The translations under genes were made by a program, and so were the position numbers. From Octopus vulgaris (lineage: Eukaryota), in assembly GCA_951406725.2 (NCBI GenBank), contig OX597821.1, positions 45,012,001-45,076,000 of the forward strand: a stretch of 64,000 nucleotides of DNA, read 5' to 3'. Each line of letters opens with the position of its first letter. Positions within the stretch are counted from its first letter, which is position 1. The notes under the pieces are model-generated. The model saw only the letters and a program-made list of their open reading frames with translations, had not been told where the DNA came from and searched no databases. Shown in pieces: positions 13,141 through 26,140 of this stretch.

Positions 13141-13900
13141 AGTTTAGAACTTATCCAAAGTTGTCTTCCTTCATGAAATGGACAGCATCTACCCACCACC
13201 ACAACTCTTGTAAGACCAATAGCTGAACTATAATGGACACTTCTGTGCATTATACAGCTCTCAAGTACCTCTACCAACTAATCAGTTTGGTTCTTTGCCA
13301 AAAGGTTCCCTACTAACTTTGAGGTATCTTCCTCTTCTCAATTTCTTAAACCATGATGGTTCTGACAGTAGTACTTCCACAGAGACAGACCCCACCTTTA
13401 CTACCTACCCACTTACCATCCAACTCCATACTGCAAAACTAACCAAATCTATCATATTCTACTCATCTGACTCACCATCATCCATACATGCCAAGTGCAA
13501 ACGTACCTCTGGTTTTCTCAAACCATCAAAGTCAACTGGCCCCTACAATGATTCTTCTACTACCATCAAAGAATATTCCTTGTGACTAACCCCTATGCTC
13601 ACCAAACTCTTTAATCCCTCCTCACACACACTCTCTCTCTCTACAGGATTATACCCTGATCTGACTCTGCTAACCATCATCCTATGAACTAATTTCCAGA
13701 ATCTGAAAGGGAATGGAAACAGCAACTAATGACACTCTCTAACACCACCAAATTTCTCTCTCTCTTTATCTATCTCTTATTGATGAACACCAATATGGCT
13801 TTCATAAAGCTGGATTCTACTGGGAATCTAGTCTACAATACCCATCAGTAAACAATGTAAATGGTTATAGGAAATTTTGCTGTAAACATATATGGTCGAA
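13141..13900 (+). mobile_element. Highly decayed CR1/L2-like LINE relic next to the hAT insertion
   Basis: Remnant motifs LKPSKSTGP, PMLTKLFN and HQYGF in the expected RT order. Confidence 0.5.
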
Positions 13901-14020
13901 GGAAAATTTGTAGTAAGAAATTTCATTTTAAATGACCTCATCAAGTTTTTTAATGTTTGATGGTGAATAAAGACTTGCCTATTCAACACTTTTACAAAAC
14001 CTTTTATCATTTTTTTTTTA

Positions 14021-14530
14021 CATCATCATCATTGTTTAACGTCTGCTTTTCATGCTGGCATGGGTTGGACGGTTTGACTGAATACTGGCGAGTCAGAAGG
14101 CTACACCAGGCTCCAATCTGATCTGGCAATGTTTCTACAGCTGGATGCCCTTCCTAATGCCAACCACTCTGAGAGTGTAGTTAGTGCTTTTATGTGCCAC
14201 CAGCACGAGGGCCAGTTAGGCGATTCTGGCAATGACCACACTCAAAATGTATGTTTTACGGGCTACCTGCATGTCTGGTGGCACTGGCAACGACCACACT
14301 CGAATGCTGTTCTTCACGTGCCACCGGCACATATACCAGTAAGGTGACGCTGGCAATGATCACACTTGAATGGTGCTTTTTACATGCCACCAGCACAGGA
14401 GCCAAACAGTGGCTCTGGCAATGATCATGCTTGGATGGTGCTTTTAACGTTCCACTGGCACAAGTGCCAATCAGATGGTACCGTCATCAGCCACGTCAGC
14501 GATTTTGATTTCACTTGCCTCAACAGGTTT
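14021..14530 (-). mobile_element. RTE-LINE 3' UTR/tail copy
   Basis: Same tail as 55957-56380 (CAGCTGGATGCCCTTCCTAATGCCAACCAC core), with about 5 internal units of roughly 55 bp. Confidence 0.8.
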
Positions 14531-15439
14531 TCATGCTTTATCATTGTCCATATGGCATAGTGTCTGGACATGATTGTAGATGGCTTTAGAGTTAACTAAG
14601 TATAGTAACCATGTAATGTAACATATAATAAGATAGGTGCACCATAATTTCTTAGGCTCAAACTGATACCATAGGTGCTTGAATGAAAAATTTATCAATT
14701 ATCTAATTTTCTTTATGTGCTATCTGTATCTTTTTTTCTCCAATAAGATTTTAAACTTCAAACAAACAGAGCAAGCATAGGTAGGAAAACCATATATAAT
14801 CATAGAAATAAGTCATTTTTAATCCTGGAATCTAGGAATAAGTCAAATGTCTTTTAACTACAATACCTATCAATTTGTGACTTGTGAGTGCTATTACAAC
14901 ATAACTAAATCACACACATGCTGGGCCTCTGATAAAAACATAGTGTTGGATTTAGACTAAACTAAGAAATGAATAAGTTCGTTACTTTGCATTTCAGTTG
15001 TGCATAGCAGGAGTTAGGACTCTCCTTGTCTATTTTGACATTTTTACTTTTTCCTTCTTATAATTTAAGTCTGAGATGTTTTAGTAAACAGAACAAATTT
15101 GCCAACCAGACAGGACACCAGAGCAGATCCTTCAAACTGAGATGTATAGTATGCTACCAAGATACATCATGCAGAAACTTCAATACAGTTTCAAGAGCAG
15201 ACTAAAGCCATTTCAGTTAAACTTTAATGGCTTGGTCTGGAGGAAGAGGTGCTGTACTTATGATCTCTGTAGTAACTTCTGAGATGGATGAGATCAACAA
15301 GGCAGATGTTCTTGAATATTATGACACTTAATTGTTCTTTTATTTGGCAAACGAAAACAAAATTCATGGAAAATGAAAGTCACAGATGGTTTGGGAAAAA
15401 AAGTAGCATTTCATTTAAATTACTACAAACAATATCTTT

Positions 15440-15742
15440 TACCCTTTACTTGTTTTAGTCACTGGACTGCAGTCATGCTAGGACTCCACTTTGAGGGGTA
15501 TAATAGAACAAATTGACCCCAATACTTGTAAGTCAGTCCTGCTGAACGGCTAAGTTACGAGGATGTAAACAAACCAACACTGGTTTCACGCGGTAGTGGA
15601 GGGCAAACAAAAGCCAAAGACACATAGGTATATCCACATACAAGGCTTTGGTTGCATCTCTCCAAGGTGTCACGCAGTGAGACTGACCCCAAGACTACAT
15701 GGCTGGAGAGCCAGATTCATAACCACGAACCCACGCCTGCAT
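15440..15742 (-). mobile_element. SINE family A, diverged
   Basis: Reverse-complement similarity to 8040-8442, with deletions. Confidence 0.7.
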
Positions 15743-15843
15743 ATAGTTCAAAAGTGATTAAGTATTTTAAATCATTCGTTAAATGATAATACATGAAACT
15801 CGAGCAAATATGTAGCAGGGGAGAAATAAAAATCCTGTTATAT

Positions 15844-16081
15844 ATTTTTTTCTTTATTACCCACAAAGGGCTAAACATAGAGGGGACAAATAAGGACAGA
15901 CAATGGGATTAAGTCGATTACATCGAACCCAGTGCGTAATTGGTACCCATTTAATCGACCCTGAAAGGATGAAAGCAAAGTCGACCTCGGCGGAATTTGA
16001 ACTCAGAACGTAACGGCAGACGAAATACTGCTAAGCACTTCGCTCGGCGTACCAACGATTCTGCCAGCTGGTCGCCCTAAT
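15844..16081 (-). mobile_element. tRNA-derived SINE family B with 15-bp TSD
   Basis: Minus strand GCTGGCAGAATCGTT...GAGTTCAAATTCCGCCGAGGTCGACTTTGC.TTTCATCCTTTC. TSD AAAATCCTGTTATAT at 15829-15843 and 16082-16096. Confidence 0.9.
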
Positions 16082-17393
16082 AAAATCCTGTTATATTCAA
16101 AATACAACAATGAAGCAAGAAGTTATTTATTGAAGTTTTCTTGTGATATTTTTCAGTGACTCGTTTTACCGAGTCCAGAACCATCACGGAAGAAACCATT
16201 TAAAGTATTACCAAAAATACATTTGTTATTAATATTTTTTAAAATCTGAAACAGAGGGTCGATCAGTGACTGGTAGTATTTAGATCTATATCCCAAGAGT
16301 TTTAAATTCAATCTCATTTCAACGCGGTCGATTTTCCTTTTATCTCTACCGAACGTTAGTGTTTCAAGTTAAATGAGCATTTGGATCTATATAATGTGTA
16401 AATTGTAACACAAACAAATGATTTTATTTTTTGTGATGAGCGCCGGAATGTGAGGGTAACATTTGTGAGAAAGTGCACGATATCGTTTCGACCGCCACTA
16501 CAAAACAGATGCGGAGATGTATGAAACAGCCGGAATTCCACCACACTAAAAATGAGGCTATACGCTAATAAATAACTACATGATATATTCTGACAAAAGA
16601 ATACATATGAAATAAATAATCTAACACTATATTCTGTTTTGTACCTTTTGTGTGTGTGTCTGTGTGTATACAAGCACACACACACACACATATATATCAC
16701 GTAATGTGTGTGTGTATCACGTAATGTTAAGATTTGTTTAAAATTAAATTATACAAGACATCAACAAGTGTCACCTATCGAAGACAAAAAGGAAAAAAGA
16801 AACGAAGGAAGAAAGAAAGAGCAGGACAGATCCCCGTGAAGAGAACAAACACGCAGTAAGAAGTAGAGCAGAATACAGAATAATTAAATGTATCAGAGAC
16901 AACATTCCGAAGTTATGTAGGAGTATCTACGTTATTCTCACCAGGTTCTCACATTCAAACACGCACACATACGTATACATGTGTGTGTATATGTATATTA
17001 GACGTTATAAAACATACGTATACGTATGTGTATAACGTGAATTCTAGCGATTTCGTCTTACATTATCGTTTCCATTACGCTTCTGATTTTATTTTCCAGT
17101 AACATAAACCTAATATTTGTATATGTTAATATAATTAAACAAAACAAAGTTACCTATATAGAAATAAATACAATAACAAAAATATAATTATATAAAATAG
17201 AATCCATTGAAAGAAGCACATGAGAGCTGAAGTGATGGAGAGGTGCATCGCTTCGAACCCTCACTCGTTGTCAAGGTAACCATGTCAAGGACGGTAAACT
17301 ACCAAAAAAGATGGAAACCTCTCAGAGGGAAATTACGCTGTTGTTAAAGTATCAGATATTTTATAAATTCCAGAAAAATACATAAGTACTTAC

Positions 17394-17500
17394 TGTCTAT
17401 ATCAGGTAGTTATATATATTGTTTACATCTAACTAAAATGACCTCCAATGGTTATCTATCAAAGTTCGAGGACATAAAAGAGAAAACCGGAAGTAGAAAA
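17394..17500 (-). promoter_or_regulatory. Putative promoter / first exon of an unidentified minus-strand transcript
   Basis: Lies within a CpG-enriched unique region (about 16100-18900). ETS site CCGGAAGT at 17487-17494. The minus strand reads CTTCCGGTTTTCTCTTTT (TCT/TOP-like), followed by donor ACA|GTAAGT at 17393. Confidence 0.35.
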
Positions 17501-19474
17501 TGATTAACTATTCTGAACTACAGAATGCTTTATAGGTTATAATTTTACTTGCTTGTGAATACTGAAATGTTTCTGACCAACGAAATATCCAACTAAACAC
17601 CCGTTTTCATTGATTTAAAACACTTATTTTAATATAGAGTACTTTGGATTTCCTTTACGACTCGATCTCAACAGGTTGTGAATTTCATATTTCCATATAC
17701 GATGTTCTTGGGTAAAATGTAGACAAAACATTTATAATTGGAATATTTTATCTAAGTCATTGCGATTCATTTCCAAAAATGGGTTCACGCCATAAAATAA
17801 AGACCTTTGTTCTGTGAGATTTTCTTTTCATCCGAACAAGTTAACCTATTTTTTTCTTTAATTCTTGAAATAAGCCATAATGCTGACGTCATTTCTATAG
17901 AACAATTGCAACTGAAATTCGCTAACACAATCACGAAGCGTCTCTTATCAGTGCAAGTGTCTTTTCAGGCGTATGTAGGACTACATCAAATAACGAAAGG
18001 TGTGACCTTTCATTATTTAGAAGTATAGCGTATGATTGGTTGCCATTTCTAACAGATCGAGTAACTACCTAAATTCACGAGTAGACTCGGTCTTTTCAAA
18101 TCAGATAAGTTTTCTTGTTTAGCTTCAATAATGACATATTCTGCCGCCCTCCAGAAAACACAGTGGGCGATCTAAGTTGAAATCTATTTATTTATCGGCT
18201 AAATTTTGCATTTGAGATACTTTTAATATTTTGGCCATTAATTAGCAATCTTAGTGTTAATAATATTTAGTTAGAAACAATAGAAAGTAATATTATTCAA
18301 TGAAACACAGAATGTTCCCAAATAAATTACGCTTTATTACATATTTTTCCTATACTATTATCCCTTTTGTAATTAATTGGAGGACAGCAGCTGTAACCTT
18401 TGCATGGTTTTTGGAAACTGGGAGGAAGGTAACTTCACACTGGAGATCTGGCCTGACTTCTTACAACAGAATAAACTCTGCTAAAGGTACCCAAAGCCCA
18501 ATGTGGTGATGTTAAATCACACAGCCGTTAACAAATTTTCTTCTCAACGACATGGTTTTGGGTTCAGCCCCATTGCATGGCACCTTGGCAAGGCAACTGT
18601 CATCTACTCTAGATGTGGATTAAGCAAAGCGTTGTGAGACGGTTTAGTGGAAGAAAACAGATAGAACCACATCGTACATACATACATACACACTTGTACG
18701 TAATAAGAAAATAGGAATTCGCGAGACGTTTGTAATAAATCATAGCCTATTTATTATAGGAGGTAATGCGTTAACATATAAGGTTAATTGAAGGAAAGCT
18801 TGTAACATTACATGAACATATTCTTTTATGCAATCACGTTCCGAAGTTAGGTGAACGTATGCGCGTGCGTGTGTGTATGCGAGTGGACCGACTCAGTGCA
18901 TGTCGAAGAATCAACAGGCAATGAATGATTTCTTTATTTGCCTATAATGACATATATAGATATAACAAGGAGGGGTCGAGGACAAACAATGGACAGTCTT
19001 ACAGGGGAGAGGAGGCCATGTTGTTGTGATCACAATATGACGATCAGGATGATAAAAACGTTATGGTCTGAAAATTTTAATAAATGTATAATTAAAACAA
19101 TTAAATTTTATAGGATCTTGTCTGTATCCAACAAAGTTTCCTAGCAAGGCTTTATTCTTAAATTAATCTGTCAGCCCATATTTGTTTGTGGTGAGCCACC
19201 AATTAGCACTACCAGTGATTGAACAATGATGGAAATACCATAAAAGAAAAAAATCTCTCTCATCAGCTTGCAGTCCCACAGTCTGGTTAAGTGATACTAA
19301 AAGTTAAATTGATGTATTAATACCCATTTATCTACAGTGAGAAGTTTTCTCCATGACAAAACACAGTGAATAGCCTTCTTATGAGTTCATGTATGCCTCA
19401 AGCATATTTGAACTGGTAATAACTTTGTATTTATTAATATCATTATATGCTAAACTATATATATAATACTACAC

Positions 19475-20309
19475 ATTGAGATAGGGGTTGTGAGTGCAAC
19501 CCACCATGGGATAACATATATCCAATATACTGCCAGTAAAGCACCCAACAAAGTTAATACATAAATGTTAAGAATTGTGATGCAATTAATTCATTTATTG
19601 TATTATATGGGCGAAGGTAAAATGTTTTACCACAAATTCATAATACAAAATAAGAAAATGGAGAAATACACCTTAATCAATAATCAGCTACCAGATAATA
19701 CCCATTCACATAATTTATTAACCAACTACATATGAACATCAAGGTCAAACATAATAGTACAGAACAAAACTGCACATCAATGAGTAATATGATACAATAT
19801 GTATAAATAAATATAAATATAAATTATATCTTACAGCTGTTTCCGCCATGTAAATATGAGTATCTCATTATGCTCATATTAGCCAGGTGTGATAAGTATA
19901 TATAGATGCATGGGTATATACACTTATATGTATGTGTATATTATATATTATGTATATGTACCCATTCTTGTATGGGTGTACCTTCTTTAGATTGTACTTT
20001 ATAATCTCTGAAGAGGCCTTGGGATATATTTGTAAGTGTCTCATTTATAACAACATATTAACTTATCATACCTGGCTAATATGAGCATAATGAGATACCC
20101 ATATCTACATGGCTGAAACAGCTGTAAGATATAGTTTATATTTATGTTTATTTATACATATTGTACTCATTGATGTGCACTGTTTTGTTCTGTACTATTA
20201 TGTTCGACCTTGATGTTCATATGTAGTTGGTTAATAAATTATGTGAATGGGTATTATCTGGTAGTTGATTATTGATTAAGGTGTATTTCTCCATTTTCTT
20301 ATTTTGTAT
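19475..20309 (+). mobile_element. Fold-back Penelope-like / retrozyme-like non-autonomous element
   Basis: 15-bp direct repeat TATATAATACTACAC at 19460-19474 and 20310-20324. Inverted arms of about 255 bp at 19640-19897 and 20061-20312. Contains a hammerhead core. Confidence 0.75.
20004..20130 (+). ncRNA. Type I hammerhead ribozyme motif (minimal palindromic stem III, extended stem II)
   Basis: Stem I ATCT (20004-07) / AGAT (20127-30). Core CTGAAGA at 20008-14. Stem II GGCC (20015-18) / GGCT (20111-14). GAAA at 20115-18. Stem III C-AGCT-G. GTA cleavage triplet at 20124-26. Confidence 0.75.
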
Positions 20310-20407
20310 TATATAATACTACACTATATTTTGATCAGCTTGACCTCTAGATATCATTTTTACATATATCTCCAATAAATCATGCCAGCATGGAAAACAG
20401 ACATTAA

Positions 20408-20442
<35 letters not shown>

Positions 20443-23400
20443 ATATACACTATGTTTTTTTATCAGTTTCATCTAGAGGGATCTTTATTTACCATATTTA
20501 TATCTAAATTTAATTGTAACATCCATCACATTCTCCTACATGTAAACATGTAGCTGCTGTTAGTGTGTGTGTGTGTTTCTCTCTCTCTCTCCTTACCATG
20601 CAATTACATTACTTCACCTAACAGTGTCATTCCCATCTCTCCCTCTTCCACACAGTCCCATTAATTATCAACACAGATTAATGTGAACTCTTATTTTACT
20701 GCATACAAGACTACCTCCTTTGTGCTGGTGCCATGATGAAATGCAACTATTGCACTCTGTAAAGTGATTAGCATCTCAGCAGAAAGAAAAAACCCATAAG
20801 AAGATCTTTACCCTTCTCAAGGGCTTGACAACCTCTCTTGTGCTAGTGCAACTCCAAAATGCTTTCAGTATACTCTGTAAAGTGGTTTATGATAAGAAGG
20901 GCATTAAGCCAAAAATGAATTGAGTGAGACGTGATCATCTGAATTGTGTAGGAAGGCAGTGATAATCCATCTAGCCACTGCAGGATGAAAAACAAATGTA
21001 AAATGATGATGATGATACTATATTTTGATAAGTTTAATGTCTAGAGATCTTGACAGAAAATGCATTATCTATGAATAACACACTTGGTGATGATCAAGAA
21101 TCAAACTGATTGAAATAAAGTATAAATGCCTAAGAACTAACTCAATGAAGAACCCTTCTTCGCCTTGCTACCACTACCCAAATCCTCCTCCTTTTCCTCT
21201 AGCAGCAGCAGCATCATTTAATATCCCTTTTTTCATGCTATCATGGGTTGGACTTGCTATATTGTTATATATATATTTTTTATCACATAATCTAATGATA
21301 TTTTCACTATACAATCATAAAAATTTCTCATTACTCTTTACAGTAGAATATTCAAATGCAGATATTTCATTGATTTCTAAACTGTAAAACTAGAGCCATA
21401 CAAATAAAAGTCATTTGAGGTGATATGTTGAAATCCATTGAATTCCTCCAGCTAATAAAAGTGAGTTCTTTCTCTAAACAACTCTTCATGGCGATAGTAA
21501 TTGACTTCTGCAGAAGTAAGCAGATGGGTGACAGAGGTCTTGTAGATTCAATGCTTGTCAAATTAAAGTGGGTTTTGTTAAAATGTTGTTAACAAAAACG
21601 GTAACTGTTGTCAGAGTGTATGGAGCTATTTTTCACCCCAGTAAATACAATTAAGTATGGTATTGTTTAGCTCCACATCCAGAACTGTCTTAACTTCATT
21701 ATAAGCTCCATGACAAAGCAATACACTGGGGTCTCCCTCTCTCTCTTGCTGTATCTCCCCTACAGCAAGTCACCTGTTTCTATCACTCTGTCACACTCTA
21801 ACCTCTCATCACCTGGCATAAGGCCACCTCCTCCAATGCCCTCCTCTCAAATGATCTTTGCCTTGCAAGTTACTTGGTGACCCTCACCAGAGTTGGTGCA
21901 TCCAGTCCACTCAATGAAGCGGTTGCTGTTTGGAAGGGCATCAAGTTGTAAAATCCATGCCAAAATAGGTGTTGCTGTTGTTGGTGCCACGTAAAAAACA
22001 CTCAGTCCACTCTGCAGGGTGGTTGGTGTTAGGAAAGGCATCCAGCTGTAAAAACCCTGCCAAAACAGGAACAGAAGTCTTAGCCAGAGATATGCTAAGA
22101 TGTGAACTCATGATTTAGAAACTAGTAATCTAATACCAGCACCTATTTGCTTGTATTTTATGAATTTATAGAAGTACTTCTTAGTCATTCTTTCCTCATG
22201 CTTAAGTGAATATTAAGTAAATGTAGCATAACTGACTAAAACGTCAACATTGCATTTTGTTGGCATTTTGTCACCAGTGTTGAAGAAACACCATAATTTG
22301 AAGTGAAGAGTTCATTGTTGTTTAATGAATTATGATTAAGTTGCGTTTTCATGAAAGTGACATCAAAAAGAACGAGAGACCTACTTTTTTAAGGACAGTA
22401 GGGTCATAGTAAAAAACATTTTTCTTCTCAATTCTTATTACTTTTGGCCTGCTCCAAATTTTCACTTTGTTGCCCTATTTTTCACAATATGCACAATATA
22501 ACTTGACAAAAGACTACTAGTACTACTACTGCTACTGCTGATACAACTGCTGCTGACACCACCACACAATTTTTCACTGCATAAACATTGTCACATATCT
22601 AATGTCTCTTATCTGTATTCATCAAGAATTATTTTATATGTTTTTATTCTCTTTCTTACGGGGTTTTTAGTCATTGGGCCATGCCAGAGCACTGCTCCAG
22701 GGGTCTTCTGTCAGTCATATTGTCTCAAGTTCTTATTTCACTCTGGTACTTAGATAATTTATCTCTGTTCAATCACTGATGAGAAATAAAGGGACATGAT
22801 ACATACGACAACATCAGTTTTTAGACAATCATTGACATAACTACAAGGATACACACATGCATGCATGCCTGTGCACCTGCACACATGCGTGCACACACAC
22901 ACACACACACACCATTCCATTTCACCTATTTAAAGAAAGTTTTACTACATGACTCTCTTTAGAGCTAACTTTTTTGATATGTCTTTTAAGAGCTTCCATA
23001 GTAAAAGTCTACCTGAAGTGGTAAATTTTCTTTCATATCAAATTTCTTGCCTTCACTGCCTCATGGCAGACATCTCTACATTATCGTTTCTCACATTCCT
23101 TATAACTTTCAATATGTTTATTTATTTGTTTATTCATTTCTCCATCACTGAATGTGTAAAAATGATTTCACTGTTATAATAACATTGGAGCTTTAGCTTT
23201 AATTTGTTTCATCTGACTGGCTCAGTTGATAGTTGTTGGCCAACCAGGTAAAAGGTTGCTGGGTCATATCCTTGCATTGGTGGTACAATGCAGGTCTGTA
23301 ATAAATACACAACTACCTACTGCTCAGTTCATTTAGTTATCAACAGGTAATAAGCAAAACTTGGGGGCAAAGTGAAGATACTTTTGACATCCTACACCTT

Positions 23401-23819
23401 TATTAAAAAGCATTATAGTGCAGAAGAATTTTGCACCCTTTTATATCTGTGCAAGGGTTGACTACTCCCTAAGTTTAGCTCTTTCCCTGAACAAAGATAC
23501 TCTAGTCATGACCATCCAGTCATTTACAGACAATGCATCTGAGGTTACCTTATCAAATACATCTTCCTTTTTAAGTTGGATATTATAATGTCCATTTAGA
23601 CAATTAGCTGCCATAAACATCAGAAAAACTGTAGTCCTCAGTGCTAAGTTCACCCTTTTAGTGGTTATTTGGAGTGGGACATGTTTTAACAGGCTGCTTT
23701 GTTCCAGGAAACACTGAAGAAAAATGTCTTAAAAAGAGCTGATTCCACCAAATTATGACTGCTAAATCTTTACATCAATAGAAACTAACAAAATATATTT
23801 GAAGTGTAAATGTAACTAC

Positions 23820-24570
23820 TCATCATCATCATTTAATGTCTCTTTTCCATGCTGGAATAGGTTGGATGGTTTGATAAGAGCTGCCCAGGCTCCATGTTTG
23901 TTTTGGCCTGGTTTCTATAACTGGATACCCTTCTTAATGCCAATCAATTTACAGAGCGTACTGGGTACTTTAATGCAACACCAGCATGAGTGCATTTACG
24001 TGGCACTAGTTTGGGTGCCTTTTTATGTGGCACAAGCAGCCATGAGCCCACACGATTAAGGACACTCAGCTGGAGAGGGATGCAGGTGTCATGCCTGTAT
24101 TCAAGAATATCCACAATTTTATTTAGCTTCACATGTCTTTTCAAGCACAGCAAACTACCAGGAGTCTCAGTCCCCTGTCATGCCCTCTGTGAGGCCCAAC
24201 ATCTGATCTTTTCTCAGCACTTTGTCCCATGTCTTCCTGGATCTGCCTCTTCCACATGTTCCCTCCAAAATTAGAGATCAGCACCTCTTGATGCAACTGT
24301 CTTCATTCATACACATTACATGACTGTTCTTATGCAGTCTTCTCTCTTGCACACTACAACTGATGCCTTGTATATCCAGTTTTTCTCTCAAATCACTTAA
24401 ACTCTGTTGTATATGCACATTGACATTACCCATCCAGTGGAGCATTCTAGTTTCATTTCTTTCAAGCCTTTGCACATCCTCAGTAGTCACCATCCATGTT
24501 TCACTGCTATGTAGCTTAGCTGTTCATATACAGGCCTCATACAAACTGCTTTTCTCTCTGAAGGAGAGGC
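23820..24570 (-). mobile_element. Decayed RTE-clade LINE 3' end
   Basis: Minus-strand EDVQRLERNETRMLHWM...LREKLDIQGISCSVQERRL, with a (GAT)n tail at about 23820. Confidence 0.8.
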
Positions 24571-25494
24571 TATTGAAAATGAAATTACTCTTATAATGCT
24601 GCAAAGTATTTTTATTTATTTTTGTGTGTACAGTGAGAGGAAGTGTTACAGTAAATACCAAACTATATTTAGTCATCATTTTCTATTTCTTGAGTTCAAA
24701 TCCAATGTAGAATTAACTTTTCTTGTCAATGCTCAATACACCAACATTTCAAAAGAAGGCTCGTCATTTTAATTTTTATCAATTCCTAAGTCAACAATAA
24801 TTAAGCTGGCTTATACCAAAGGCATTATAGCAATGACCAGCTCATCTTTTATTCATACAGTCACTCTAGGAATACATTATCTAATGTGTCTTAAATTTCA
24901 AAAGACAGTAGGGTCCAATTTAAAAGAGATCTAGCAAGGTAAACAACTATAGAGAAGTTCTCATTTTTAAGGTGTTAGAAATTTCATGTGGATTTATATT
25001 CTATAGTTGTTGTGAGTCTCTTCCTTGTATAATGAAGAGTATTACAGGGTACAAGACATGAGAGAGGAAATGTAGTAAACTTCTCCTTTCTTCCTTATAT
25101 GGTTACCCAATAAATTGGAGTTTTAAACCAAGATATCTTGTTTTTGTTGTTTGTGGCTTAAATAGGTAGAACCCATAATCCTGTGCAGACTAGTGGCGGG
25201 AAAGAGGAAGAGAAACCAGAACTCTTGGGTTGTTGCTGCAGTAGAAGGATTCAGTGGTGGAAGATATTGAGTTACCCTCAAACTCAAGACTTGGTCTGAA
25301 TGTCTGCAACAGAAATCAACTTTGGTTTTATCCCTCTAAGATCAATAAAATAAGTACTAGGATCAATTTAATCAGCTAGTTCCCTCTTCCTTCCAAATTT
25401 CTAGCATTGTGCCTAGTTAGTAACAAGCACTTTGTCAATATAATTAATTCCCTTCTGCTACAATTGATGGTCTTATTATTATTATAATGATGAT

Positions 25495-26140
25495 GAAGGT
25501 AGTGAGCTGGAAGAATTGTAAAAGCACTGAATAAAATATAAAATGGTACTTTTTATGACTCTTTATGCTTTGAGTTCAAATTCTGCCATGGTTGACTTTG
25601 CCTTTCATCTTTTGGGCTTAATAAATTAAGTATCAGTTGAACAGTAAGGTTGATATAATCAACTTACTTACTCTCCCTAAAATTGATGGCCTTGAGCTGA
25701 GCCAAAATTTGAAACCATTTAAGATGGCAAGCTAGCAGAATCATTGGCACATTTGGATAAAATGCTTAGTGGTATTTCTTCCACCTGTTTACATTCTGAG
25801 CTCAAATCCCACCAATGTCAACTTTGGAATCAATAAAATTACACTGAGCCAGAGAAGTACTGGGGTCAGTGAAACTGACTTGCCTCTTTCCTTCAAAATT
25901 GCCAGCCTTATACCAATATTAGATAGAATTATTATTATGATGATGAATTGGCAGAATGGTTAGAGCATTGGACAAAAAGCATTGTGGCATTTGTTTCAGT
26001 TCTTTACATACTGAGATTAAATTTTGTTGAAGTCAACTTTGCCTTTTATCCTTTTAAGTTCAATAAATAAGGTACCAGTCAAATACTGGGGGTAATTTAA
26101 TTAACTAACATCCCACCACAAATTTCTGGTCACAAGACCA
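25495..26140 (+). mobile_element. Three head-to-tail SINE family B copies
   Basis: Heads at about 25497, 25722 and 25942, each followed by GAG.TCAAAT..., CAACTTTGCC and AGTAC...CTGGGG-like blocks. Other B copies at about 10180-10375, 30450-30660 and 34025-34225. Confidence 0.75.

Noticed and set aside
14180-14470. CRISPR-like repeat-spacer appearance
   Set aside because: Eukaryotic context, no cas genes, and the 'spacers' are homologous to each other. This is a LINE 3' UTR tandem repeat.
16433-16598. Possible C/D snoRNA (GTGATGA ... CTGA) on +, or H/ACA on -
   Set aside because: The terminal stem is only T/A-rich, the length is about 160 nt, I cannot recognise an rRNA guide, and there is no proper H box. 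It needs an Infernal scan.
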